DNA of 39,711 nucleotides from a virus (taxonomy: Duplodnaviria > Caudoviricetes), in the IMG/VR virus record IMGVR_UViG_3300022177_000079, positions 1 through 39,711 of that record; one strand, given 5' to 3'. Below, one piece after another: positions 19,325 to 27,353 of the stretch. Positions within the stretch are counted from its first letter, which is position 1. The number at the start of each line of letters is the position of its first letter. The notes under the pieces were generated by a model, which was given only the letters and a program-made list of their open reading frames with translations, was not told the origin of the DNA and did not search any database. The translations under genes and the position numbers were made by a program.

Positions 19325-20077
19325 ATGCGAACAATCCGAAAGACCAGCCCTCCGATGCGTGGTGCGGATGTGCGTCGGCTGCAGCAGGCGCTTGCAGTCA
19401 ACCCCTTCGCCCGCGCGCTAGGACATGGCAGCGGCTTTGCCCCCGGCACTATCGACGGCATCGCAGGCGCAAAGACCCTCGCTGCGATCAAGCGCGCCAA
19501 GCACGCGCTGGGCTACCAGCAGGTGAACGAATCCGGGGGCTGGCTGCTACTCGCCTATCTGGAGCGCCGCCGCAAGATCACGCCCGGCATGCGCAAGCGA
19601 CGTGAGGCGCGGATCGCGGCCTACAAGGAGGCACAAGGTCGCCGTCCTAAAGTTGCCTCCCCGAAGTGGAAATGGCGCGGAGTCCTGTTGCCACGCATCG
19701 GCCCGCCCCCGGAGATCATCTTCCACCACGCCGCCGCCACGTCGGCGAGCGCGGAGCAGATTCACTCCGGTCATCTGGCGCGCGGCTTTACCGGCATCGG
19801 CTACCACTATTACATCCGCAAGAGCGGTATCGTCTATGTCGGCCGTCCCTTGTGGGCAGTCGGCGCGCATGCCAGCGGACACAACCGCTCCATCGGCGTC
19901 TGCTGCGAGGGCAACTACGAGGTAGACAAGATCATGCCCGCCGAGCAGTTAGGCGCGCTGCTGTGGTTGCGCGACGAGCTGGCCCGCAAGTACCCCAAGG
20001 CCCGCCGCGTCCGCCACCGCGATGTCAACGCGACCGCTTGCCCCGGCCGTTACTTCCCCTGGAGCCTCGTCAAATGA
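19325..20077 (+). CDS. Endolysin: peptidoglycan-binding domain plus N-acetylmuramoyl-L-alanine amidase (Amidase_2)
   Basis: MRGADVRRLQQAL..IDGIAGAKT; IFHHAA, IGYHYYI, VGAHASGHN.SIGVC.EG, HRDVNATACPG; AAGGAGG RBS before ATG 19325. Confidence 0.93.
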   Translation: MRTIRKTSPPMRGADVRRLQQALAVNPFARALGHGSGFAPGTIDGIAGAKTLAAIKRAKHALGYQQVNESGGWLLLAYLERRRKITPGMRKRREARIAAYKEAQGRRPKVASPKWKWRGVLLPRIGPPPEIIFHHAAATSASAEQIHSGHLARGFTGIGYHYYIRKSGIVYVGRPLWAVGAHASGHNRSIGVCCEGNYEVDKIMPAEQLGALLWLRDELARKYPKARRVRHRDVNATACPGRYFPWSLVK

Positions 20078-20280
20078 GGCCCTGCTATCTCGCCGAGCCT
20101 TGGCCCGCCCCTCACGGTACCTGCCACTACTGTGGCGCTGAGGGCGAGCTTGCCTTCGCCGCTGCCTATCGCCGTGCTGAGGGCGACTTGACTCTGCGCT
20201 TCTGCACGCGTGAGTGCTGGCGCGAGTGGGCGCGGCGAGTCGAGCGACTGCCCGAAACCACGCTAACGACAGGAGTCTGA
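20074..20280 (+). CDS. Small Cys-rich (Zn-finger-like) protein
   Basis: CHYC...FCTREC; ATGA-coupled to the endolysin. Confidence 0.55.
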   Translation: MRPCYLAEPWPAPHGTCHYCGAEGELAFAAAYRRAEGDLTLRFCTRECWREWARRVERLPETTLTTGV

Positions 20281-20281
20281 T

Positions 20282-20443
20282 ATGTACTTTGACGCTGCCG
20301 AAACCAAGATCGCTAACCTTGAGACTCGCCTTGCTGCTCTTGAGGCTGCCCCCGCTGTGGATGTGGCGGGCTTGCAGGCGCAGATTACCGAGCTGGATGC
20401 GCGCCTGGACGCCATCGCTGCCGCCGCTTCGGACCCTTCGTAG
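20282..20443 (+). CDS. 53-aa coiled-coil protein (not in ORF track), MYFDAAETKIANLETRL...ASDPS
   Basis: AGGAG RBS, ATG 20282, TAG 20441-20443; heptad pattern. Confidence 0.7.
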   Translation: MYFDAAETKIANLETRLAALEAAPAVDVAGLQAQITELDARLDAIAAAASDPS

Positions 20444-21363
20444 CCACGGCCTTTGACGTTCGGTCCTACGGGGCCGTGGCTGATGGAGTGCAGGACGACA
20501 CGGCGGCTATCCAAGCGGCTGTTGACGCATGCCATGCGGCTGGCGGTGGCGTGGTCTACCTGCCCGCCGGGAGGTATCTCTGCGCGAGCGAGCACTACGT
20601 CCACTCCGACCTTGGTGGCGCTGTGCAGTTGCGCGATGGCGTCTACCTGCAAGGCGACGGGCCAGGGCAGACCGTCCTCGTTGGCCACGGTCCCAACAAC
20701 TCCACCGTCGTTGCCTCACAGGCGCGGGGTATCGGCGTGGGTAACCTTACCATCGCCGCCGATGGCACGACCGAGAACGCGGACGGGATCAAGCTCTACA
20801 CTTGCAGAAACATCCACGTCTACAACGTCACCGTCTCGGATTATTTCATCGGCATCGCCCTCTACTCGTGCGTCGATGCCCTCGTGGCAACCTGCCTTGC
20901 CTCTGCCACTACCGGGGCTGGCATCGCCGCCGGTGAGTCGTACATGCCACTTGAGCTGGACGGCGCGATCCAGAACACCGGCAACGTCGTCATCGAGGAC
21001 TGCACCGTCATGAGCGCCGTGTCTAACTGCGGCTTTCGGGTCAAGGGCTATGCGCCCGGTTACGCTCCCGTCGCCCGTCGCTGTGGTGGGGTGACCATCC
21101 GCCAGTGTGATGCGTTCGGCAACGCGGGCGGTGGCGTGTTTGTTACCTACGCGCAAGACGTGGCCTTGGACTCTATCTCCTGCCAAGACAACGGCGAGAA
21201 CATCATGCTCGCAGGCGTGCAGGGCGCACGGCTCACTCAGTGCGTCTGTACGGGCACGGGAGGGTCTACCCCTATCGTGGTGACCCCTAGCAACTACGAT
21301 GGCCTCTACGCGGCTTACGGTGCGTCCAGCGACGTGTGGATCGACGGGGCACAGGTGGCGTGA
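20437..21363 (+). CDS. Right-handed beta-helix (pectate lyase 3-like) tailspike/depolymerase; lacks its own proper start
   Basis: FDVRSYGAVADGVQDDTAAIQAAVD...GGGVVYLPAGRY; the motif begins upstream of GTG 20476. Confidence 0.8.
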   Translation, partial: FVATAFDVRSYGAVADGVQDDTAAIQAAVDACHAAGGGVVYLPAGRYLCASEHYVHSDLGGAVQLRDGVYLQGDGPGQTVLVGHGPNNSTVVASQARGIGVGNLTIAADGTTENADGIKLYTCRNIHVYNVTVSDYFIGIALYSCVDALVATCLASATTGAGIAAGESYMPLELDGAIQNTGNVVIEDCTVMSAVSNCGFRVKGYAPGYAPVARRCGGVTIRQCDAFGNAGGGVFVTYAQDVALDSISCQDNGENIMLAGVQGARLTQCVCTGTGGSTPIVVTPSNYDGLYAAYGASSDVWIDGAQVA

Positions 21364-22019
21364 TGGCTGTCGGGCTAAGAGGCGTGACACTCGGACCGGA
21401 GCACTACCACGACCTCAACCTCAATCACCCAACTGGTACCGCTGCCGGTGATCTTGGCGTCGTCCTGCTGGCCTCAGATGAGGGCTGGGTTACGGCCGGG
21501 CCGTCGGGCTGGACTGAGGTCTATAAGTCGGCCGAGAACACGCACCGAATCACGATCTATAAAAAGACTCTGACCGCAGACGATGTGACGGCGGGCAAGA
21601 TCACGATATCAAACGACGCAAGCAATGTGCCTATCTATGCCGCTTACTATGTGCTCTCCGACCCTGGCTCTGTCGAGTACTACGACTATGCCATAGGGAC
21701 CGATCAAAAGGTGACGGTCACGGGGTTCACGCCTGCCGCTACTGGTGACATCTTACTGTGCATGTGCGAATCAAACTCAGGCTATGCAACATTTAGCACG
21801 ACAAATAATAACCCATCGTGGACCATTGACGGGACCAACGGCGACTACTGGATGTACGCGGCGGGGCACGCGACCTATACCACAGGTGCGACTGGTGCTA
21901 TCGGTGCGGATGTGGGCGCCGCTGTATCGCACGCACTAGCTGTTGTCGCGGTGGCAAGCCCGGCAGCAAGCGGTATCCCAAAGCACTCTGACTACTACTA
22001 CCAAAGGAGGGCCGCATGA
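21363..22019 (+). CDS. Putative virion / receptor-binding accessory protein
   Basis: PTGTAAGDLGVVLL...PSGWT beta-rich pattern; TGATG coupling. Confidence 0.6.
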   Translation: MAVGLRGVTLGPEHYHDLNLNHPTGTAAGDLGVVLLASDEGWVTAGPSGWTEVYKSAENTHRITIYKKTLTADDVTAGKITISNDASNVPIYAAYYVLSDPGSVEYYDYAIGTDQKVTVTGFTPAATGDILLCMCESNSGYATFSTTNNNPSWTIDGTNGDYWMYAAGHATYTTGATGAIGADVGAAVSHALAVVAVASPAASGIPKHSDYYYQRRAA

Positions 22020-23824
22020 GCCTGTGGCTAAAACAGTCAACCGCACGGACTATTCATATCGGCCCCTTTGTGGACGACACAGACGGCAAAACAGCAGAGA
22101 CGGGACTGACTATCTCACAAGCCGATGTGAGGCTGTCGAAAAACGGCGGCGACATGGCGCAGAAAAACGACGCTACATCCTGTACTCATGACGAGCTTGG
22201 CTACTACACCTGCCCCCTGGATACGACTGACACTAACACGCTCGGGCACCTGAAGCTCATGGTCCACGAGTCGGGCGCGCTGCCGGTCTTTATGGACATG
22301 ATGGTGGTTCCGGCCAACGTCTGGGACTCCATGTTCGGCTCGGACAAGCTGGATGTCAATACCGTGGAGATTGAGGGCTCTGACGCCACCAACCAAATCC
22401 GCGACGCAGTGGTGGACGACGCTACCAGGATTGATGCATCGGCTCTTAACACACTCTCGGGGCATGACCCCGGCGAGGCTATCATGGGTGCCACCGATTT
22501 GGGCACCGGCTCGGGCTTTACAGCCATCCCCTGGAACGCCGCGTGGGACGCGGAAGTGCAGAGCGAGTGTACCGATGCCCTGAACGCTTACGACCCGCCT
22601 ACCAAGGCCGAAGTCGATACCGCCTGCGGTGCGGTCACGCTCGCTAACGGAGCGCACGGCGGAGCGGCGGCCACTATCACCCTTGGAGGCGTGGGCGGAC
22701 TTACGGGCGCGATTACGGGCAACCTCTCGGGGAGTGTCGGCAGCGTCACCGGAAACGTTGGCGGCAACGTCGTCGGCTCTGTTGGCTCCGTTGCGGCGAA
22801 TGGCATGACAGCGGCGAGCATCGCGGCCGACGCCGTGGCCGAGATACAGAGTGGGCTCGCGACCAGTGCCGAGATAGCCGCAGTCAAAGGCGATACGGCC
22901 GCTATTCTCGCCGACACCGGGACCGATGGCGTGGTGGTCGCAGCGGCCAGCAAGACGGGCTATGCCCTCACGGCAGCCTATGACCCCGCCAAGACTGCCG
23001 CGCAAGCGAGCACGGCACTGTCCAACGCCACGTGGACGGACGTACGCGCGGGCAAGCTCGATAATCTCGACGCGGCCATAAGCACACGGCTCGCGACAGC
23101 GGGATACACGGCCCCGCCAACGGCAGCGGCCAATGCCGACGCGGTGTGGGATGAGCTTGTCGCTGAGCATGCTGGAGCCGGGAGTGCCGGTGCGACACTG
23201 GCAGCGGCTAGTGCCCCGAGTGCGGCTGTGGTTGCGGATGCTGTGTGGGATGAGGCTCTGGCCGGACATGCGGGTGCCGGGAGTGCAGGATCTGCACTTT
23301 CCGCCGCTGGCTCGGCTGGCGATCCATGGAGCACGCTCATCCCCGGTGCCTACGGTGCTGGCACGGCCGGGAGGAAGATCGGCGACCTCGTAGCTGACCA
23401 AGCCGACGGCGGGCGCACGGACCTGCTCATTGACGCGATCAAGGCCAAGACCGACACCATCGGCTCGCTCTCTGTGACCATCACAAGCCCGGTGGCGACG
23501 GACGGCACCGTGACGATTGAGCAGGGCGACTCCTACGATGTGGCGGGCGCGGCTATCGTGGCGACCATCGCTAAGGCCGATCTTGCCTACAGCCTCACCG
23601 GCGCGACCATCAAGCTCAAGACCCAGCAGGCGACGATCACGGGCGCGGTCAGCGACGATGCGACCAACTGGTATCTGACCTTCTCGCCGACCGCGACCCA
23701 GACCGCAGCGCTGACCGTGGTCACATCGGCATACGAGATCGAGGCGATGCTGGCCGACAGCAAGATCAAGACCGTGCAGCGCGGCACACTGCGCGTCAAT
23801 CGAGATATTCCGGCGGTGAGCTAG
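22016..23824 (+). CDS. Putative tail fibre / structural protein with internal repeats
   Basis: 602 aa, Ala/Gly/Thr-rich; repeated GSVGSV and ADAVWDE...HAGAGSAG units; BppU-like C-terminus (IEQGDSY...AYEIEA). Confidence 0.65.
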   Translation: MSLWLKQSTARTIHIGPFVDDTDGKTAETGLTISQADVRLSKNGGDMAQKNDATSCTHDELGYYTCPLDTTDTNTLGHLKLMVHESGALPVFMDMMVVPANVWDSMFGSDKLDVNTVEIEGSDATNQIRDAVVDDATRIDASALNTLSGHDPGEAIMGATDLGTGSGFTAIPWNAAWDAEVQSECTDALNAYDPPTKAEVDTACGAVTLANGAHGGAAATITLGGVGGLTGAITGNLSGSVGSVTGNVGGNVVGSVGSVAANGMTAASIAADAVAEIQSGLATSAEIAAVKGDTAAILADTGTDGVVVAAASKTGYALTAAYDPAKTAAQASTALSNATWTDVRAGKLDNLDAAISTRLATAGYTAPPTAAANADAVWDELVAEHAGAGSAGATLAAASAPSAAVVADAVWDEALAGHAGAGSAGSALSAAGSAGDPWSTLIPGAYGAGTAGRKIGDLVADQADGGRTDLLIDAIKAKTDTIGSLSVTITSPVATDGTVTIEQGDSYDVAGAAIVATIAKADLAYSLTGATIKLKTQQATITGAVSDDATNWYLTFSPTATQTAALTVVTSAYEIEAMLADSKIKTVQRGTLRVNRDIPAVS

Positions 23825-23825
23825 C

Positions 23826-25085
23826 GTGCCGGTCCGCTTGCAGGCCGATCCAGAAGTCATTCGCGCAGCGTGGGAGGAGTCCTCATCCGGGCAAGACCTC
23901 TGTCGGCGGCTTGGCATCCGTAATCACTACACAGCCCGCAGGCTCATTACTGAGATTGGCCTTGTTTGGCCAAAACCGGAGTGGGGGGCCACTGTCGTGC
24001 CCATCGCGCCGGAGGAGCGGATCGCACGGGATAAGACAGTCACGCGGCTACGCGCAGAGCTGTCCGATTTGCGGACGCGGTATGGAACTGCCCTCAAGGC
24101 TCAGAACGCATTCGACGATCTGTTCGCGGCTGTCCGTGATGAGTGCTGCAAGCCGCGCTCTCCCATCAAACTTGCCCCCCACCGCAAGTCAGGCACCACG
24201 CTGCCGACGCGCTCTGTCGTCCTACAACTCTCAGACTGGCAGCTCGGAGAACTTGTCCACCCCAACGAGTCGGGCGGTAACAAGTACAGCGTAGAGGTGT
24301 TTCAGCGGCGGTTGGACCGCTGGCAGGACAAAGTTATCAAGTCGGTTCGCAACCAATCGCGAGTGTATGCGATTGAACGCGGTGTCTTTGCCTTCTGCGG
24401 AGATATCGTCGAGGGTCACGACGTGTACTCCGGGCAGCCGTGGGCTCTGGATATGGACGCCGGACGACAGGTAGTCGAGGGCGGGGATTGGTTCGCGGCA
24501 GCTATTGAGAGTGTAGTTACCTCACTGCCTGGGATCGAGTGGTCTGTATATTGCGTGACCGGCAATCACGGCCGACCAGGCGGTAGGAAGGCCGGACATC
24601 TTCCGGCCACGCTCAACTTCGATTGGATGCTGTACAAGTGGGTTGAGCGCGAGTGCGCCAATTTGCCACTGCGCGAGTTCGCCATCGAGTCCGGCGGGCG
24701 GCTTCTGTTCATGCTCGCCGGTCACGTCTTCCTGATGACCCACGGAGACGAGGTGCGCGGCTGGAGCGGGTTTCCCTATTACGGTCTAGACAAAGCACAT
24801 GGTCGACTCGTGATCGACCTGGAAACCGTGTTCAAGTACTGGCTGCTGGCACACTGGCACCAGGCAGCAAGCCTGCCTGCGGGTCGTGGGGCTCGGATTG
24901 TCAACGGCAACGCGGTTGGGGCGAACCAGCTCTCACAAGCAGCCGTGCTTGGCTCATCGACGCCCGAGCAAAACCTACTGTTCGTCTCTCCCGAATTCGG
25001 TGTTGGTGAGCACGCGCACATCTATCTCGCGCCAGACGAGTTTACAAGGCCTCATATCTACGGGGCAGAGGAGGCAACCGCATGA
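23826..25085 (+). CDS. Calcineurin-like metallophosphoesterase with N-terminal HTH/coiled coil
   Basis: SDWQLGE, GDIVEG, GNHGR, THGD, AHWH motifs. Confidence 0.85.
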   Translation: MPVRLQADPEVIRAAWEESSSGQDLCRRLGIRNHYTARRLITEIGLVWPKPEWGATVVPIAPEERIARDKTVTRLRAELSDLRTRYGTALKAQNAFDDLFAAVRDECCKPRSPIKLAPHRKSGTTLPTRSVVLQLSDWQLGELVHPNESGGNKYSVEVFQRRLDRWQDKVIKSVRNQSRVYAIERGVFAFCGDIVEGHDVYSGQPWALDMDAGRQVVEGGDWFAAAIESVVTSLPGIEWSVYCVTGNHGRPGGRKAGHLPATLNFDWMLYKWVERECANLPLREFAIESGGRLLFMLAGHVFLMTHGDEVRGWSGFPYYGLDKAHGRLVIDLETVFKYWLLAHWHQAASLPAGRGARIVNGNAVGANQLSQAAVLGSSTPEQNLLFVSPEFGVGEHAHIYLAPDEFTRPHIYGAEEATA

Positions 25086-25327
25086 CGAAGGTCCTACTCC
25101 CCGCCCAGCAACGTATGCTTGAGGACCAGATTGAGCAGGGACCGGACGCGCTGTGCGAGCTCATCTGGGACGCATGGCCGGAGATAGTGAGGATGGCACG
25201 GCGGCGACATGCAGCCGGATACACAACCTACGGCGATACGATGTACCACTGGCATGATAAGGTGCGGCGGCAGAATATGCTGGAGGAAGCGGCCGACCTG
25301 GTGGTCTACATGAGTAGTGGAGGGTGA
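25082..25327 (+). CDS. Small all-alpha NTP-pyrophosphatase-like (MazG/dUTPase-like) protein
   Basis: R...GYTTYG...MLEEAADLVVY (EExxD) pattern. Confidence 0.5.
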   Translation: MTKVLLPAQQRMLEDQIEQGPDALCELIWDAWPEIVRMARRRHAAGYTTYGDTMYHWHDKVRRQNMLEEAADLVVYMSSGG

Positions 25328-25328
25328 G

Positions 25329-25493
25329 ATGTGGGTCTGCGCCGACTGTGGCCTAAAGCACGGCACGCGGTCGCCGGTCTGTGCGACCTGGCACGAGGAC
25401 ACATGCGAGGTTTGCGGCACGGTCGGTCCAGTGACGGAGGCACGAGACTTCGGGGCAAGATTCACTGCGACTAGTCACGATAACCTTGATTAG
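25329..25493 (+). CDS. 54-aa Zn-binding protein (not in ORF track), MWVCADCG...TWHEDTCEVCG
   Basis: GGAGGG RBS; two CxxC pairs; ends before a terminator. Confidence 0.65.
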   Translation: MWVCADCGLKHGTRSPVCATWHEDTCEVCGTVGPVTEARDFGARFTATSHDNLD

Positions 25494-25524
25494 CGCTCCG
25501 CCATGATCAAGGTTAGGGGCACTT

Positions 25525-25563
25525 AGCGGCTCGGGTCTTCGGACTCGGGCCGCTTTTCTATTT
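25525..25563 (+). terminator. Rho-independent terminator ending the late operon
   Basis: 13-bp stem AGCGGCTCGGGTC-TTCG-GACTCGGGCCGCT followed by TTTCTATTT. Confidence 0.9.
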
Positions 25564-25607
25564 GCCACTATGGCCTGGCGTGAGAGTGAGCGGGCCGCGC
25601 TCATGGA

Positions 25608-25679
25608 CATTCCGCTGAAATTGCTGAGGCGCGCGAGATTCTTGTTGACTTCTCCAGCGGCAGGGGTATAATTCTATAC
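25608..25679 (+). promoter_or_regulatory. Strong sigma70-type promoter P1 with conserved upstream 20-mer
   Basis: TTGACT (25645-25650)-N16-TATAAT (25667-25672); CATTCCGCTGAAATTGCTGA at 25608-25627; GTATA-N4-TATAC palindrome over the -10. Confidence 0.85.
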
Positions 25680-25722
25680 ACAAGGGGAGTCCGCAAGGGA
25701 AGCCCGACCGAAAGGGGAGACC

Positions 25723-26070
25723 ATGAGCCAGACCTTCAGTCATCCAGCCGCCGGAGACCGTGAGTCCGCTGGCGCCACCGCCGCCCGCGAACGCGGCCTG
25801 CGCCCCCTCTCCGAGATCACACGACCTGAGATCGCAGCCGCCGCCCGGACCGCTGACTGCGAGACGCCGACTAAGGCTCAGATCCGTGAGGCTCTTTCCG
25901 ACTCCGCGCGCCTTGCCGAGTGGCATCACATCGAGCGCAGCGGCCGGATCAAGCGCGAGTTTTTCACCACGGCTTCGGCGGCCGTCGAGGCCGTCAAGAT
26001 CAAGCGGCGGCAGGGAGACCTGGTGGCTCAAATGATCGAGGAGCAGCGCCGGCTTGGGGCTATCAAATGA
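25723..26070 (+). CDS. Small unknown protein, candidate anti-CRISPR / anti-defence factor
   Basis: First gene after P1 with AAGGGGAG RBS, ATGA-coupled to an Aca2-like gene; function inferred from context only. Confidence 0.6.
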   Translation: MSQTFSHPAAGDRESAGATAARERGLRPLSEITRPEIAAAARTADCETPTKAQIREALSDSARLAEWHHIERSGRIKREFFTTASAAVEAVKIKRRQGDLVAQMIEEQRRLGAIK

Positions 26071-26456
26071 CGGTCGCCCGCTGGACCGGCACCGATCTCC
26101 GCTGCGCTCGCGAGGCCCTAGGCCTCTCCATGGTAACCCTCGCTGACTGGCTGCCCTGGAAACAGAGCCGGATCAGCGAGGCCGAGCGCGGCTTGCGGCG
26201 CGTGCCCACGTGGGTTTCCGGGCGCGTCGTCTCGCTGGAGCGCGCCCGCGAGGCACTGACCGAGTCCATGCTGGAGCACCTAGAGGGAGCTGCTGGCGCG
26301 CCGCTCATCGTGCACGCCACCGACGCGGGCTATCGGGCTGCACACCCCACAGACCCGCCGATCCCCGCCGCAGTACAGCGCGTCGCTGCTGCCCTCGCGG
26401 CGTCCGAGTGGGAGGCGCAGACGGACACGCGGCCGGGTATCGTGCTGGCGGACTAG
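26067..26456 (+). CDS. Aca2/YdiL (DUF1870)-like HTH regulator (true start ATG 26067)
   Basis: TGTDLRCAREALGLS...ERGLRRVPTWV, long helix, then LIVHATDAGYRAAHP...VAAAL; this follows the recalled two-domain Aca2 layout; 129 aa. Confidence 0.75.
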   Translation: MTVARWTGTDLRCAREALGLSMVTLADWLPWKQSRISEAERGLRRVPTWVSGRVVSLERAREALTESMLEHLEGAAGAPLIVHATDAGYRAAHPTDPPIPAAVQRVAAALAASEWEAQTDTRPGIVLAD

Positions 26457-26478
26457 GGCTTAGGGCATATCGCCGACT

Positions 26479-26514
26479 GGGATCGGGCGGCCGCTGTGCC
26501 GCCCGTCCTGTTTG
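26479..26514 (+). terminator. Terminator of cassette 1
   Basis: CGGGCGGC-N6-GCCGCCCG perfect stem followed by TCCTGTTTGT. Confidence 0.65.
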
Positions 26515-26558
26515 TACTCTCTGTCCTTACTGCCGTGACGATATCCAGCCTCCTTATC

Positions 26559-26637
26559 CATTCTGCTGAAATTGCCGATATCCCATCAATTGGTGTTTAC
26601 AGTGCCCGGATATGAGGTATAATAAGGGCACGGTAAA
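26559..26637 (+). promoter_or_regulatory. Strong promoter P2 with conserved 20-mer and inverted-repeat operator
   Basis: TTTACA (26596-26601)-N16-TATAAT (26618-26623); inverted repeat TTTACAGTGCCC / GGGCACGGTAAA (11 of 12); 20-mer at 26559-26578. Confidence 0.85.
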
Positions 26638-26655
26638 GCTAGCAAGGAGGGAGCG

Positions 26656-26973
26656 ATGACCACCAAGTACCACGCAGTCGCTAACGACTACGGCAAGGGC
26701 GAGGACATCTACTCCTTCTCTGCGCTCGAGCAGATGGGTTGTGAGCCGGTCTGGAAGTGGGACGACGAGCCGTTTGAAACCGACTGGGTCTCACTCGCGG
26801 ACACACTCGATGAGGCCATTGAGATCGCTCAGGACCACGGCCTGACGCGCGTGCTGGCACTCGATTGGGAGCTGGTGGAGGACCACTGCACCACTGGCCG
26901 CAACAGCGAGGGCTACTGCGTGGCCGGCTGGAAGATCCCCGCCGACTGCATCGTCGAGGCCATCAACGTCTGA
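26656..26973 (+). CDS. Small acidic protein, possible ADP-ribosyltransferase-like fold; candidate anti-defence factor
   Basis: AAGGAGG RBS; 22 D/E versus 6 K/R in 105 aa; YH...VSL....A...VLALD...EGY...IPADCI pattern. Confidence 0.6.
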   Translation: MTTKYHAVANDYGKGEDIYSFSALEQMGCEPVWKWDDEPFETDWVSLADTLDEAIEIAQDHGLTRVLALDWELVEDHCTTGRNSEGYCVAGWKIPADCIVEAINV

Positions 26974-26986
26974 GGGGGAGAGGGCA

Positions 26987-27325
26987 ATGCAAGTCACGAC
27001 AGACCGTAGCGACAAGGCTATCCATGCAGGTAAGTTGCTCGCCGGCCTCCCGCCGTACGGCGCGCAGATTATCGGCGTCGTGTACCGGGACGAGATTCGC
27101 ACCGGGGCGCTTGTGCGGCTCGCCAACGGCCGCGAAGTCGAGTGCGCGGCCGGCGTGCTGCGCAATATCCCGCCCGAGCGTGGCCGGCCGGAGATCGGAC
27201 CGGCAACCCGCGTCCGCCTGCCCGAGGAGATGATCGGGCGTCTTGACGAGATCGCATCCCAGCGCGGGACCTCGCGCGCGGCCACAATCCGGGACATCAT
27301 CGGGGAGTATCTAGCCGCCAACTGA
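26987..27325 (+). CDS. Ribbon-helix-helix (CopG-like) regulator with N-terminal beta domain
   Basis: GRPEIGPATRVRLPEEMIGRLDEIASQRGTSRAATIRDII. Confidence 0.82.
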   Translation: MQVTTDRSDKAIHAGKLLAGLPPYGAQIIGVVYRDEIRTGALVRLANGREVECAAGVLRNIPPERGRPEIGPATRVRLPEEMIGRLDEIASQRGTSRAATIRDIIGEYLAAN

Positions 27326-27353
27326 CCTCAGGCCCCACACCTAACCCCCACAC

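Noticed and set aside
16189-23824. Diversity-generating retroelement acting on tail genes
   Set aside because: No reverse transcriptase ORF and no template/variable repeat pair with adenine-specific mismatches noticed
22115-23917. 600-aa minus-strand ORF and other long antisense ORFs (e.g. 13307-14272, 14109-15077)
   Set aside because: Shadow ORFs of GC-rich + strand genes, with no recognisable motifs
25723-27325. Classical type II toxin-antitoxin pairs
   Set aside because: No RelE, HicA, PIN, MazF or BrnT motifs recognised in the upstream genes; disfavoured but not excluded, especially for cassette 2
27326-27353. Solitary CRISPR-repeat-like RNA anti-CRISPR (CCCCACAC twice)
   Set aside because: No palindromic repeat stem or repeat-like 3' end
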